The notes below the pieces were generated by a model. The model worked only from the letters and a program-made list of their open reading frames with translations, ran no database searches and had not been told where the DNA came from. DNA of 64,000 nucleotides from Planctomycetota bacterium (GTDB lineage Bacteria > Planctomycetota > UBA1135), in contig JASFYO010000005.1 in assembly GCA_045047305.1 (NCBI GenBank), forward strand, positions 12,277 through 76,276, in the 5' to 3' direction. A program made the translations under genes and the position numbers. This document shows, one piece after another, positions 56,269 to 64,000 of the stretch; within the stretch, counting starts at the first letter, position 1; each line of letters opens with the position of its first letter.

Positions 56269-56586
56269 TTAACCGCGAATCTCCTTCACGCGGATGTGGG
56301 TGTAAGTCTGACGATGGCCGACGCTAGAGCGTGAACTCTTACGGCGACGGAAAGTAGCTACCCGGATTTTCTCGTCTTTTACTTCCCCGATGACCTCAGC
56401 CACCACGGAAGCACCAGAAACATGCGGGGTGCCGACTTCAACGCTGCCATCTTCCTTCTTCAGGAGCTGGACAGAATCAAAGACAAGTTCGCTGCCCGCC
56501 TCTGCGGTGGGCATACGGTCAATCCACAAATCCTGACCCTGCTTTAGGGTTAGGCATCGGGAACGGTCGCGGACAATTGCGTACAA
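56269..56586 (-). CDS. rplU: 50S ribosomal protein L21 (TTG start)
   Basis: (M)YAIV, VGTPHV.GA.V and RRK...GHRQ.YT motifs; SD-like GAGAGG upstream of TTG 56586. Confidence 0.93.
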   Translation of the reverse strand: MYAIVRDRSRCLTLKQGQDLWIDRMPTAEAGSELVFDSVQLLKKEDGSVEVGTPHVSGASVVAEVIGEVKDEKIRVATFRRRKSSRSSVGHRQTYTHIRVKEIRG

Positions 56587-56614
56587 GGTATTTTTCCTCT
56601 CGAAAGGGCCGAAT

Positions 56615-56643
56615 AGTTTAGCGGCCCCCGTCAACATCGGCAA
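56615..56643 (-). promoter_or_regulatory. sigma70-type promoter for rplU-rpmA (TTGCCG-17-TAAACT)
   Basis: -35 at 56643-56638 and -10 at 56620-56615 with a 17-nt spacer. Confidence 0.6.
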
Positions 56644-58201
56644 GGGCTCCGAGGTGCTCAATCACAGAATCCCCGGAAGAAACCTGAGCATCCTCCACCA
56701 TCTCTACACTGTGGTGCAATCCTTGCAACGGCTGGTGCAGACGTTTCCACTGCTGGACGACCCCTGGCTGGGCACGTACGCGCAGTTGAGAAGGCGATTG
56801 CATGGCCCTGAGCTTCCTCAGGATGCGTAGAGCCCCGGCTTTGTGGTGAGCGACATTGCCGCTGCCGCCACATCCGCGGCACATGGACTCGGTGCCTTTC
56901 GCTGGGCCAGTCCCAAGGCGTCGGCGAGTGAAAGTCATCAAGCCGAAGCTACCTAGACGCCCGGTCTTCATCCGCGCGCGGTCCTCCACAAGACAGGAAC
57001 GCAGCGTTTGCTCGACCTTATGGCGATGGACAGACTCCGCCATATCAATGAAATCCACAACCAAAATGCCGCCTAAATCCCGCAAGCGTACTTGACGCGC
57101 AACCTCTTTCGCCGCCATCAAGTTGGTCGCCAATGCGGTTTCCTCCAGGCTGCCAGTTCCAGAGCGACCACTGTTGACATCAATCGCAACCAGGGCTTCG
57201 GTTTCATGAATCACAATGGATGCACCACTGCCAATCGGCACGCGACTACGGAAGAGACTTTGAAAACGTGATTCAATGCTTTGCGCTTCAAACAAGGGAC
57301 TGCTCCCTTGATGCGCTTTCAACACAACCCGCTCCGCCGCACCCTTTTCCTCAAGGAAAATGGCCAAGGCCTTAGCGGTTGCAGGGTCATCACAAAGGAC
57401 CTCTTCCACCCCGCCATGAAAGAGCTCGCGGCAGGCGCGCACCGCAGTGGTTTCTTCAGGGAGAGCCAAACAGGGCGGCTTGGCCTTGGCAAAATCACGC
57501 ACCACGGTATTCCAACGCTCTTGCAGGCGCCGCAGATCGTGGCCGAGGATCTTTTTACTTTGCCCCATGGCTGCCGTGCGCGCGATGACCGGGAGCTCCA
57601 CGCCATCGCCCAATTCGAGCAAGGTGTTACGCAAGCGGTCGCGTTCTTCGGTTTCTTCAATCCGACGGCTAACACCAATACGCCCCATGGTCGGCATCCA
57701 AACCAAACAAAATCCAGCAAGGGACAAATGCATGGTGAGGGTAGCACCTTTTCCGCGTACCGGGTCGCGTAAGACTTGAACCAAAACCGCACGACCAGGC
57801 TGCAACAATTGTGCAATGCTTAGTTGCGAGGAAGAAGGAGATTCGCTTTCCTCCTCATCTTCGCCCTCGACGACTCCCTTTGCATCGGCATCCGTGTCGG
57901 CGTAATGCTTGCGGATAGGAGTGGTCGCCACTTCCACCGCCGTGAGAGAACTATCGGCGCAGGCCGGGTGCACATTCCCCACATGCAGGAAGCCATCTCG
58001 CTTGTCGCCAAAATCGAGGAAGGCAGCATCTAGTCCGTCCTGAACTTTACGCACCACCGCCAAGTAAACATTACCGACCACGGATTCCCTTTCCGTTTGT
58101 GCGCAACGCAAATCAATGATTTCCTTATCCTCGACTAAGGCAATCCGAATCTCTTCTGGATCCGAGGCATTGACTACAAGGGTCCGCCCGGGGCGTGTCA
58201 T
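56618..58201 (-). CDS. rng: Ribonuclease E/G family
   Basis: S1 domain (GNVY...AAFLDFG), KGATLT, IDVNSG, LRDLGGILVVDFIDM and C..C.GSG motifs. Confidence 0.92.
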   Translation of the reverse strand: MTRPGRTLVVNASDPEEIRIALVEDKEIIDLRCAQTERESVVGNVYLAVVRKVQDGLDAAFLDFGDKRDGFLHVGNVHPACADSSLTAVEVATTPIRKHYADTDADAKGVVEGEDEEESESPSSSQLSIAQLLQPGRAVLVQVLRDPVRGKGATLTMHLSLAGFCLVWMPTMGRIGVSRRIEETEERDRLRNTLLELGDGVELPVIARTAAMGQSKKILGHDLRRLQERWNTVVRDFAKAKPPCLALPEETTAVRACRELFHGGVEEVLCDDPATAKALAIFLEEKGAAERVVLKAHQGSSPLFEAQSIESRFQSLFRSRVPIGSGASIVIHETEALVAIDVNSGRSGTGSLEETALATNLMAAKEVARQVRLRDLGGILVVDFIDMAESVHRHKVEQTLRSCLVEDRARMKTGRLGSFGLMTFTRRRLGTGPAKGTESMCRGCGGSGNVAHHKAGALRILRKLRAMQSPSQLRVRAQPGVVQQWKRLHQPLQGLHHSVEMVEDAQVSSGDSVIEHLGALADVDGGR

Positions 58202-58479
58202 GCTTGCGCTTCGCCGTCGGCAGCCAGCAAAATCTCCACCATGCGCTCAGCTGCGGCTTCTGCTTGAGGCCCCGACGCATGCACTTCGATTTCAGCACCC
58301 TTAGTCGCACCGAGTGTCATCACCGAAAGGATGCTACGCGCATCAGCAACACGGCCATCGAAGTGCAATTCGATGGATGCTTCGAATTCGACGGCAGCCG
58401 AAACGATGACATGACTTGGGCGGGCGTGAATGCCATTCGCATTCACTACCTTCGCCTTGCGGACGACGGTTTCTTCCAT
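58198..58479 (-). CDS. ptsH: Phosphocarrier protein HPr
   Basis: NANGIHARP (His15) and DARSILSVMTLG (Ser46). Confidence 0.95.
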   Translation of the reverse strand: MEETVVRKAKVVNANGIHARPSHVIVSAAVEFEASIELHFDGRVADARSILSVMTLGATKGAEIEVHASGPQAEAAAERMVEILLAADGEAQA

Positions 58480-58490
58480 GACCTGGCTCC

Positions 58491-58952
58491 CTAGGCTGGA
58501 GCGAGCTCCGAAAGGAGATCGACAACCTGACGGCCACTAGCGGCCTGGCATGCAAAGGAAACGAAGTCTTCGTGCTTGGCGATGCTTGCAATCCAACGCA
58601 ATAGCCCGATGTGGGCGTCAGCATCGACTTCCGGGCGAATCACAGCGAAGAAAACGTTGACGTTTTCACCATCCAAAGCATTGAAATCAACGCCATCTTG
58701 ATGCACGCCCAAAACCACGGTCACTTTATCAGTGTGTGGAGACTTCACGTGCGGGATGCCAACGCCGGAACTGCCGGTCGACCCTTCTGATTCACGCAGG
58801 ATCAAAGCAGCCTTCAAGGCGTCTTTGTGCGGAGCGAGATCCGCGTTACTGGCGACTAGGCCGTTGACGAGAGCTTCAAGGACACCGTCCGAATCGGAGG
58901 CTTGGATGTCGAGCAGGACTGCCTGCTCATGAAAGAGTTCCACGTAGGTCAT
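58491..58952 (-). CDS. PTS EIIA (Ntr/fructose-mannitol type)
   Basis: RE..GSTG..GVGIPH and GVDFNALDG motifs. Start ATG 58952. Confidence 0.9.
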   Translation of the reverse strand: MTYVELFHEQAVLLDIQASDSDGVLEALVNGLVASNADLAPHKDALKAALILRESEGSTGSSGVGIPHVKSPHTDKVTVVLGVHQDGVDFNALDGENVNVFFAVIRPEVDADAHIGLLRWIASIAKHEDFVSFACQAASGRQVVDLLSELAPA

Positions 58953-58959
58953 GGATGGT

Positions 58960-59274
58960 TTATTCCGCGGCACGACCACGTCGTGCTTTTGCGGAGTGTT
59001 TTTCTTTGAATTTAAGGATTTGGCGTTCGAGCTTATCGACCACACTGTCGACTCCCGAACGCCCTTCTGGTGCACGATCATGCGCAACAAAGGGTTCACC
59101 TTTATGGCGGTGAAGGATGGCTTCGCAAGCGATCTCGCCTGCTTCCTGGACAAACACGAATTCGCCTTTCTCAAAATCCTCCCCGAATCGCTCAAGCTTC
59201 TCAAGCTTTTTCGCTGCGTATTCGCGCAATGGTTTAGGGAAGTCGTCGTGGCGGAAAGTGATTTCGATGTTCAT
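58960..59274 (-). CDS. hpf: Ribosome hibernation factor (short HPF/RaiA)
   Basis: MNIEITFRH...LREYA.KKL.KL...D...DKLERQI.KFKEK. Confidence 0.9.
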   Translation of the reverse strand: MNIEITFRHDDFPKPLREYAAKKLEKLERFGEDFEKGEFVFVQEAGEIACEAILHRHKGEPFVAHDRAPEGRSGVDSVVDKLERQILKFKEKHSAKARRGRAAE

Positions 59275-59307
59275 GGGCAGGTAACGGGGCTTGGGGTATC
59301 CCGACGC

Positions 59308-60123
59308 TTACAGGATACGGTTTTTCGCGCTCTGGCGATAGTCCGCAAATGGGTCGCAGGGGTAAAAAACGCGCCAGAGGTATAGGCCCTCTGGGGGCGC
59401 GGTAGGGCCCGCTTTCTTGCGCTCCCCGGACTGGAGTACGTTAGCAACCCAGATAGGCGCATGCTTATGCATTCCAACGTCCCACAGAGTGCCCACCATA
59501 TTGCGCACTTGACGGTACAGGAACCCCCCACCGCGAAAGTGGAAAGCGGTGCCGCCACGCATGGGCTGAATGTGAATGGAATGGATGCTACGGACCGTTG
59601 TTTTGGAGCTACGCTTGGCCGCAGCAAATGCCTTAAAGTCATGGCGTCCAATAAGGTGCTGGGATGCTTCCCGCATTGCGGTGATATCCAACTCCTTGCG
59701 CTGCCAAGCCATGCTGCCTTTGCGCAACACTGGCCGTGTGTCACCGTGCGCGCAAAGATAGACATAATGTTTTCCCGTAGCACTTGCGTTAGCGTGGAAA
59801 TCGACATCGCAGCTCGCGGCATAACGAACCGCGAGGTCTTCATCGAGAAAGGCATTGATGGCACGGCGGATTTGGTGGGCCGGTAAATCGCTCCAGGTAG
59901 AAAAATGCACCACCTGTCCCCAGGCATGAACCCCGCTGTCGGTGCGACCGCTCGGTTGCATGACCACCTTTTCGCCCGAAACGGCAGCCCACGCAAGCTC
60001 TAAATCTTCTTGAACTGTGCGCAAACCCGGCTGGCGCTGGTATCCGCAAAACCCAGCACCTGCATATTTCACGCAAAGCGCAATGCGCCGTGGAGCACGG
60101 TGTTCGACAGAGAGATCAGTCAT
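59308..60123 (-). CDS. truA: tRNA pseudouridine(38-40) synthase
   Basis: GYQRQ...TVQ, GRTDSGVHA.GQ, G.HDF.AF, GFLY.QVR and TAPPEGLYL motifs. Confidence 0.95.
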   Translation of the reverse strand: MTDLSVEHRAPRRIALCVKYAGAGFCGYQRQPGLRTVQEDLELAWAAVSGEKVVMQPSGRTDSGVHAWGQVVHFSTWSDLPAHQIRRAINAFLDEDLAVRYAASCDVDFHANASATGKHYVYLCAHGDTRPVLRKGSMAWQRKELDITAMREASQHLIGRHDFKAFAAAKRSSKTTVRSIHSIHIQPMRGGTAFHFRGGGFLYRQVRNMVGTLWDVGMHKHAPIWVANVLQSGERKKAGPTAPPEGLYLWRVFYPCDPFADYRQSAKNRIL

Positions 60124-60718
60124 CCAAGGGGCGACGGCCACGATAAGCGTCGGCCAGAATCTCGCCATGCAAGTATTCCAGACGCGCTCCAACCGGCAAG
60201 CCACGTGCTAAACGTGTGATACGTACCGAGCTGCCCTGCAAAACCTCCATGACCTTGAGAGCAGCACCTTCTCCTTCTCGATCTGGCGCCGTGGCAAGAA
60301 CGATTTCTTCAACACCCTGGGTATCCACCCGACGACGCAAAGCCTTCAGTGCACCAAGGTCGGGTTCAGCGCCTTCGCGTGGAGCAAAACCTTCCAACAG
60401 CACATGATAAAGGCCTGCATGGATTCCAGCACTTTCGAGCTTCTCCACTTCCCGCGGCCCTTCCACGACGCAGACGATAGTTTTATCGCGCGCTTCATCA
60501 GAGCAAATCGCGCACGGAGTTCGCAAGGTAATGTTGCCGCACACTTCACAGCGGCGGGTATCCATGCGCGCATCACGCAAAGCTACCGCTAGCTCCGCAA
60601 CCTCTTCCGTCGAGGAACGTAGCACGTGCAAAGCCATGCGTTCAGCACTGCGGGCACCCACCCCAGGAAACTTTTCCAAGGCGCGAATGAGCCGCTCGAG
60701 AGGTTCTGGAAACGCCAC
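60116..60718 (-). CDS. recR: Recombination mediator RecR
   Basis: PGVG.RSAER, C4 zinc finger, ICVVE-like and toprim motifs, TRLARGLPVG. Confidence 0.95.
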   Translation of the reverse strand: MAFPEPLERLIRALEKFPGVGARSAERMALHVLRSSTEEVAELAVALRDARMDTRRCEVCGNITLRTPCAICSDEARDKTIVCVVEGPREVEKLESAGIHAGLYHVLLEGFAPREGAEPDLGALKALRRRVDTQGVEEIVLATAPDREGEGAALKVMEVLQGSSVRITRLARGLPVGARLEYLHGEILADAYRGRRPLDD

Positions 60719-60721
60719 TCT

Positions 60722-61045
60722 TTATGACATACCCGGTAGGCCCATACCCCCGGTAACACCCTTCATGGCTGCGGAATTGGCTTCTTCCGCTTTTTTCAAA
60801 GCTTCCTTTAAAGCGGCACCAACCAGGTCTTCCAGCATCTCCACCTCCTCTGGGTCGACTACTTCCGGCTTGATGTCAATGCCAAGGAACATGCGCGCGC
60901 CATTGATGCGCACCTTCACCGCACCGCCACCTGCACTGCCTTCAAACTCGGCCTTGGCCATTTCCTCTTGCACTTCCGTGACTTGGCGTTGCATTTTTTT
61001 TGCTTGGCGCAACAAACCACCAAGATCTCCGAGACTTCCAGCCAT
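60722..61045 (-). CDS. ybaB: YbaB/EbfC nucleoid-associated protein
   Basis: QAKKMQ, AGGGAVKV and EMLEDLV motifs; conserved dnaX-ybaB-recR order. Confidence 0.95.
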   Translation of the reverse strand: MAGSLGDLGGLLRQAKKMQRQVTEVQEEMAKAEFEGSAGGGAVKVRINGARMFLGIDIKPEVVDPEEVEMLEDLVGAALKEALKKAEEANSAAMKGVTGGMGLPGMS

Positions 61046-61062
61046 AATTAAACTTCCAGTGT

Positions 61063-62769
61063 TTACGGGGTTTCTTCTTGGCCGTCAAAAGACGACAAGA
61101 GGTTTTCGACGATGGGATCGTCGACTGCTTTTTCACCTTCTTCAAAAGTGATGCGCCAAGCGCCGGGACTCCAAGGGAGTCGCGCTAAAGCTTTGAGCTC
61201 AATCGGGTCTTCGAGCAAATCCCTATCCCGTTCGACTACGAGAAAGAGGACGACGTGCACCTCGCCGTTTACGATTTTCCCCTCCACCAAATTGGTCCGC
61301 ACGATGTTTCCGAAAGTCGGGCGTTCCCGCTCCAAGCGCTGCAGCAAGGACTCAAAATCTTGGATCGCGCCGACTTGGGGTGGAGCGATGGCTTGGGGTG
61401 CTGCAACGGCCTGGGTCGAGGCCACGGATGCTGGCTCAGGTGTTGCGGGTGCGGGTGCAGGCGCGGATTTGGGTGCCGGAGCGGTTGGCGCTACGACTGC
61501 AGGGGGCCGTTCTGGGGAAGAGGGCGCAGAGGCCGGGGCTGAGCTTGGCGCAGGCGCCGATTGCCGCGATGCAGTGGGTGCCGGTGGTGATGCAGTTTGC
61601 GCAACTGCAGGAGCCGTAGCTGCAACTTCTTCTCCATTCAGCAAGCGCGCTATCTCAAAGAAGGATCCAATCCTGGCCGCACGCAACAAGGTCCACTCAA
61701 GCAGAGCGCGCGCACCCAGTGGCGCTTTTTGCATGCGACTCTCGAGATGAAACATCATGCCCATGATGCCTTCCAAACGATCGCGCCCAAAGTTGCGCGC
61801 TAAATCCATGGTGCGTTCACGACGGTCATCCGCAGGAATCACCCCAACCGCATCTTCACCGAGCAGGGCGATATGCAGGAGATCGCGCAATGCATCCACC
61901 GATTGTTCTACAAAATCACGTTCCGTACCACCACGTTGCAAAAAGGCATCGATGGAACTGAGGATGGTGCCAGGATGATCCGCGAGTACCGCCTCAAACA
62001 AGTCCAACCAACGCTCAGGCCGGGCCAATCCTGCCACGCTCTCCAAGTCATCTAAAGTGACGCGCTCCCCCGCCGTGGCGAGCACTTGGTCAAGCATGGA
62101 CTCGGCATCGCGCATACCGCCACGACATCCGTGCGCGATGGCTTTGAGTACCTCGATATCGACCTCCATGCCTTCTGATTGGCACACGAAGCTAAGCTTG
62201 GTTTGGATATCGACTTCACGGATGCGGCGGAACTCGAAGATCTGACAGCGCGACACGATGGTGTCGGGAATCTTGTGCGGATCGGTGGTCGCGAAGAGGA
62301 ACATCGCATGCGCGGGCGGCTCCTCTAGGGTTTTGAGCAGTGCATCGAAAGCCTGACCAGAGAGGCGCTGCACCTCGTCGATGATGTAGATCTTGCGCCG
62401 ATCGCGAATCGGATTGGTCTGCACCGCATCGCGAATGGCGCGGACATCATCCACACCGTTGTTGGAGGCACCGTCGATTTCGATGACATCGATATCGTTG
62501 CCACGCTCGATTTCCACGCAGGGACCACATTCTAGGCAGGGCTCTACCGTCGGCCCCTTCTCGCAGTTCATCGACTTAGCAATGATCCGCGCGGTGGTGG
62601 TTTTGCCGACGCCCCGAGGCCCCACCAACAAATAGGCCTGACCGACGCGACCACGCTCAATGGCATGGCTTAAGGCGCGAACAATATGGTCCTGGCCAAT
62701 GACTTGGGCAAAACTCCGCGGGCGGTACTTGCGCGCAAATACGCGGTAGGTCGGGGCTGCTTCGCTCAC
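61063..62769 (-). CDS. dnaX: DNA polymerase III subunit gamma/tau
   Basis: ARKYRP, GPRGVGKTT, EIDGASN, IIDEV, LLKTLEEPP and SRCQ motifs; Pro/Ala-rich linker. Confidence 0.97.
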   Translation of the reverse strand: MSEAAPTYRVFARKYRPRSFAQVIGQDHIVRALSHAIERGRVGQAYLLVGPRGVGKTTTARIIAKSMNCEKGPTVEPCLECGPCVEIERGNDIDVIEIDGASNNGVDDVRAIRDAVQTNPIRDRRKIYIIDEVQRLSGQAFDALLKTLEEPPAHAMFLFATTDPHKIPDTIVSRCQIFEFRRIREVDIQTKLSFVCQSEGMEVDIEVLKAIAHGCRGGMRDAESMLDQVLATAGERVTLDDLESVAGLARPERWLDLFEAVLADHPGTILSSIDAFLQRGGTERDFVEQSVDALRDLLHIALLGEDAVGVIPADDRRERTMDLARNFGRDRLEGIMGMMFHLESRMQKAPLGARALLEWTLLRAARIGSFFEIARLLNGEEVAATAPAVAQTASPPAPTASRQSAPAPSSAPASAPSSPERPPAVVAPTAPAPKSAPAPAPATPEPASVASTQAVAAPQAIAPPQVGAIQDFESLLQRLERERPTFGNIVRTNLVEGKIVNGEVHVVLFLVVERDRDLLEDPIELKALARLPWSPGAWRITFEEGEKAVDDPIVENLLSSFDGQEETP

Positions 62770-62868
62770 CTTCTCATCCTATCAGGAACGCATACCGAAT
62801 TCGGAGGTCCTGCCACACCCTAAATCCCTCTCTGAAAACCGTGGAGCCCTTGGGTGGAACAAAGCAAA

Positions 62869-62983
62869 GGAACTGGAGGCCCGGACCATCACGGCACCCG
62901 AAAGCCGCAGCTTAGAGCTGCTCCATTCCTGGTCTGACCCGGTTCACCGCAGTTTCGCTGCGTGAGGCCGGACCCCCAGTTCC
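62869..62983 (-). ncRNA. ffs: Small bacterial SRP RNA (4.5S)
   Basis: Long terminal stem GGAACTGG...CCAGTTCC; helix 8 GGTCAGACCA-GGAA-TGGAGCAGC; located upstream of dnaX. Confidence 0.9.
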
Positions 62984-62998
62984 TTCACTGAGTTCGAA

Positions 62999-63086
62999 TG
63001 GCGGAGAGAGAGGGATTTGAACCCTCGGTACCGTGAGGTACACACGCTTTCCAAGCGTGCTCATTCGGCCACTCTGACATCTCTCC
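62999..63086 (-). tRNA. tRNA-Ser(GGA)
   Basis: GGAGAGA acceptor stem, CACGC-TTGGAAA-GCGTG anticodon arm, long variable arm, GTTCAAATC, encoded CCA. Confidence 0.97.
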
Positions 63087-63123
63087 ACTGATTCGACAAA
63101 AAACGTATTCCCCGGCCTGGGAA

Positions 63124-63213
63124 TGGCGGAGAGGGAGAGATTTGAACTCTCGGAGGCCTTACGACCTCACTGGTTTTCGAAACCAGCCCATTCGGCCACT
63201 CTGGCACCTCTCC
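63124..63213 (-). tRNA. tRNA-Ser(CGA)
   Basis: CTGGT-TTCGAAA-ACCAG anticodon arm, long variable arm, encoded CCA; TATGAT -10 box 13 nt upstream. Confidence 0.97.
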
Positions 63214-63261
63214 TATGGGGCGGGGAATCATACCCGCCGCGGACGGGCGGCGGAAGCCCTC

Positions 63262-63777
63262 TTATCGGCCTTTGTCCGCCTTCTTCTGCTCCCGTTTCTG
63301 GCGAAAGAACTCCTGCAGCAACGCAGCGCTCTCCTCGGCTAAAACTCCACCCTGAGCCTCAATTTGGTGATTCAACCCTGGAAGTTCCAAGAGACGGGCC
63401 AAAGACTCGATACCGCCAAACTTTGGGTCGGCTGCGCCATAGACGATACGCGCGACACGGCTGTGCAATAAAGCGCCTGTGCACTGAATGCAGGGTTCTA
63501 AAGTGCAGAAAAGCTCAGCATCTGGAAGGCGCTTTTCCCCCGCTGCGGCAAAGGCCTGCGTTAGCGCCAGCATTTCGGCGTGCGCGGTGGCGTCCTTCAG
63601 CGCTTCGACGCTATTGTGACCGCGGCCAAGAATCTGGTTTCCGCGCACAATCACAGCCCCTACTGGAACTTCATCAGCGGCCCATGCCGCACGTGCTTCG
63701 CGGAGGGCGAATTCCATAATCGCCAGATCCCTTTCCTCTTGAGACCCTGGCTGACGCAGCGGGAAGAGAAGTGCCAT
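63262..63777 (-). CDS. tadA: tRNA adenosine(34) deaminase
   Basis: EVPVGAVIV, DATAHAE, TLEPCIQC, YGA.DPK.G and LNH motifs. Confidence 0.93.
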   Translation of the reverse strand: MALLFPLRQPGSQEERDLAIMEFALREARAAWAADEVPVGAVIVRGNQILGRGHNSVEALKDATAHAEMLALTQAFAAAGEKRLPDAELFCTLEPCIQCTGALLHSRVARIVYGAADPKFGGIESLARLLELPGLNHQIEAQGGVLAEESAALLQEFFRQKREQKKADKGR

Positions 63778-63788
63778 GTGAAGAAAAA

Positions 63789-63810
63789 TGGCGCGCCCGG
63801 GAGGATTCGA
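63789..63810 (-). repeat. 22-bp direct repeat of the tRNA-Arg 3' end (att-like)
   Basis: TGGCGCGCCCGGGAGGATTCGA at 63789-63810 is identical to 63913-63934. Confidence 0.95.
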
Positions 63811-63912
63811 GGCGTAGGCGGCGTTGCGAAGCGACGTCAACCCTGCTCAAAGAATCCGCGGGGGACCGCGAAAGAGTCGATCTCGCGCTAGCGCGGGAAA
63901 TCGGCGTGGGAG

Positions 63913-63989
63913 TGGCGCGCCCGGGAGGATTCGAACCCCCAACCTCCTGATCCGTAGTCAGGTGCTCTATCCAGTTGAGCTACGGGCGC
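63913..63989 (-). tRNA. tRNA-Arg(ACG)
   Basis: GCGCCCG acceptor stem, CCTGA-CTACGGA-TCAGG anticodon arm, GTTCGAATC, encoded CCA. Confidence 0.98.
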
Positions 63990-64000
63990 GTTTTGGAGGG

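Noticed and set aside
58953..59204. Extended EIIA N-terminus overlapping hpf
   Set aside because: It is an alternate frame of hpf; EIIA homology begins at ATG 58952.
61380..61620. Pro/Ala-rich repetitive stretch
   Set aside because: This is the ordinary low-complexity linker of DnaX tau, not a DNA repeat element.
61063..62769. Possible dnaX programmed -1 frameshift (gamma subunit)
   Set aside because: I found only 5-A runs (near 61726 and 61129). There is no A AAA AAG heptamer or long A-tract in a suitable position.
62822..63018. 12-bp inverted match (AAATCCCTCTCT at 62822-62833 versus 63007-63018 in tRNA-Ser)
   Set aside because: The match is short and low-complexity, and a local match of this size is plausible by chance in 64 kb.
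63123..63719. 198-aa plus-strand ORF beginning MAERERFELS
   Set aside because: It is the antisense translation of tRNA-Ser and tadA, a well-known spurious ORF type.
63789..63912. Second tRNA or tRNA-like gene formed by the duplicated 3' end
   Set aside because: The 5' strand of the T-stem and the D and anticodon arms are absent, so no cloverleaf can be drawn.
1..64000. CRISPR array, transposase/integrase, prophage, retroelement or DGR
   Set aside because: I saw no regularly spaced repeats and no recombinase, reverse transcriptase or phage structural motifs. Paralog similarity among the giant lipoproteins is at protein level only, with no near-identical TR/VR-like DNA pair noticed by eye.

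Overview
A gene-dense 64-kb bacterial chromosomal segment. Gene content (lipoprotein secretin, TPR-ExbB-ExbD-ExbD cluster, large Ig-like lipoproteins, short MnmE paralog) suggests Planctomycetota, but this is inference only. It holds about 54 CDS, three tRNAs (Ser-GGA, Ser-CGA, Arg-ACG) and the small SRP RNA. I saw no CRISPR array, rRNA, transposase or integrase. Housekeeping blocks are tadA-tRNAs-ffs-dnaX-ybaB-recR-truA-hpf-PTS IIA-ptsH-rng-rplU-rpmA-obgE, coaD/coaX, an opp-type ABC system and comEC-comM. The most interesting items are: (1) four paralogous 1,050-1,200 aa surface lipoproteins with Ig-like repeats and a shared C-terminal module, two of them with polyglycine cores and three of them translationally coupled, flanking a prepilin peptidase, a pseudopilin and an OmpA/MotB lipoprotein, which is a candidate undescribed envelope assembly; (2) an ATCase fused to only the Zn domain of PyrI plus a degenerate Ada-like domain; (3) a recurrent TANNNT-N6/7-start codon pattern implying widespread leaderless mRNAs; (4) a 22-bp duplication of the tRNA-Arg 3' end enclosing a 102-bp palindromic mini-element directly upstream of tadA. 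Many starts in the ORF track were corrected using overlaps and promoter spacing. All functional calls come from motif recognition by eye, with no database searches.
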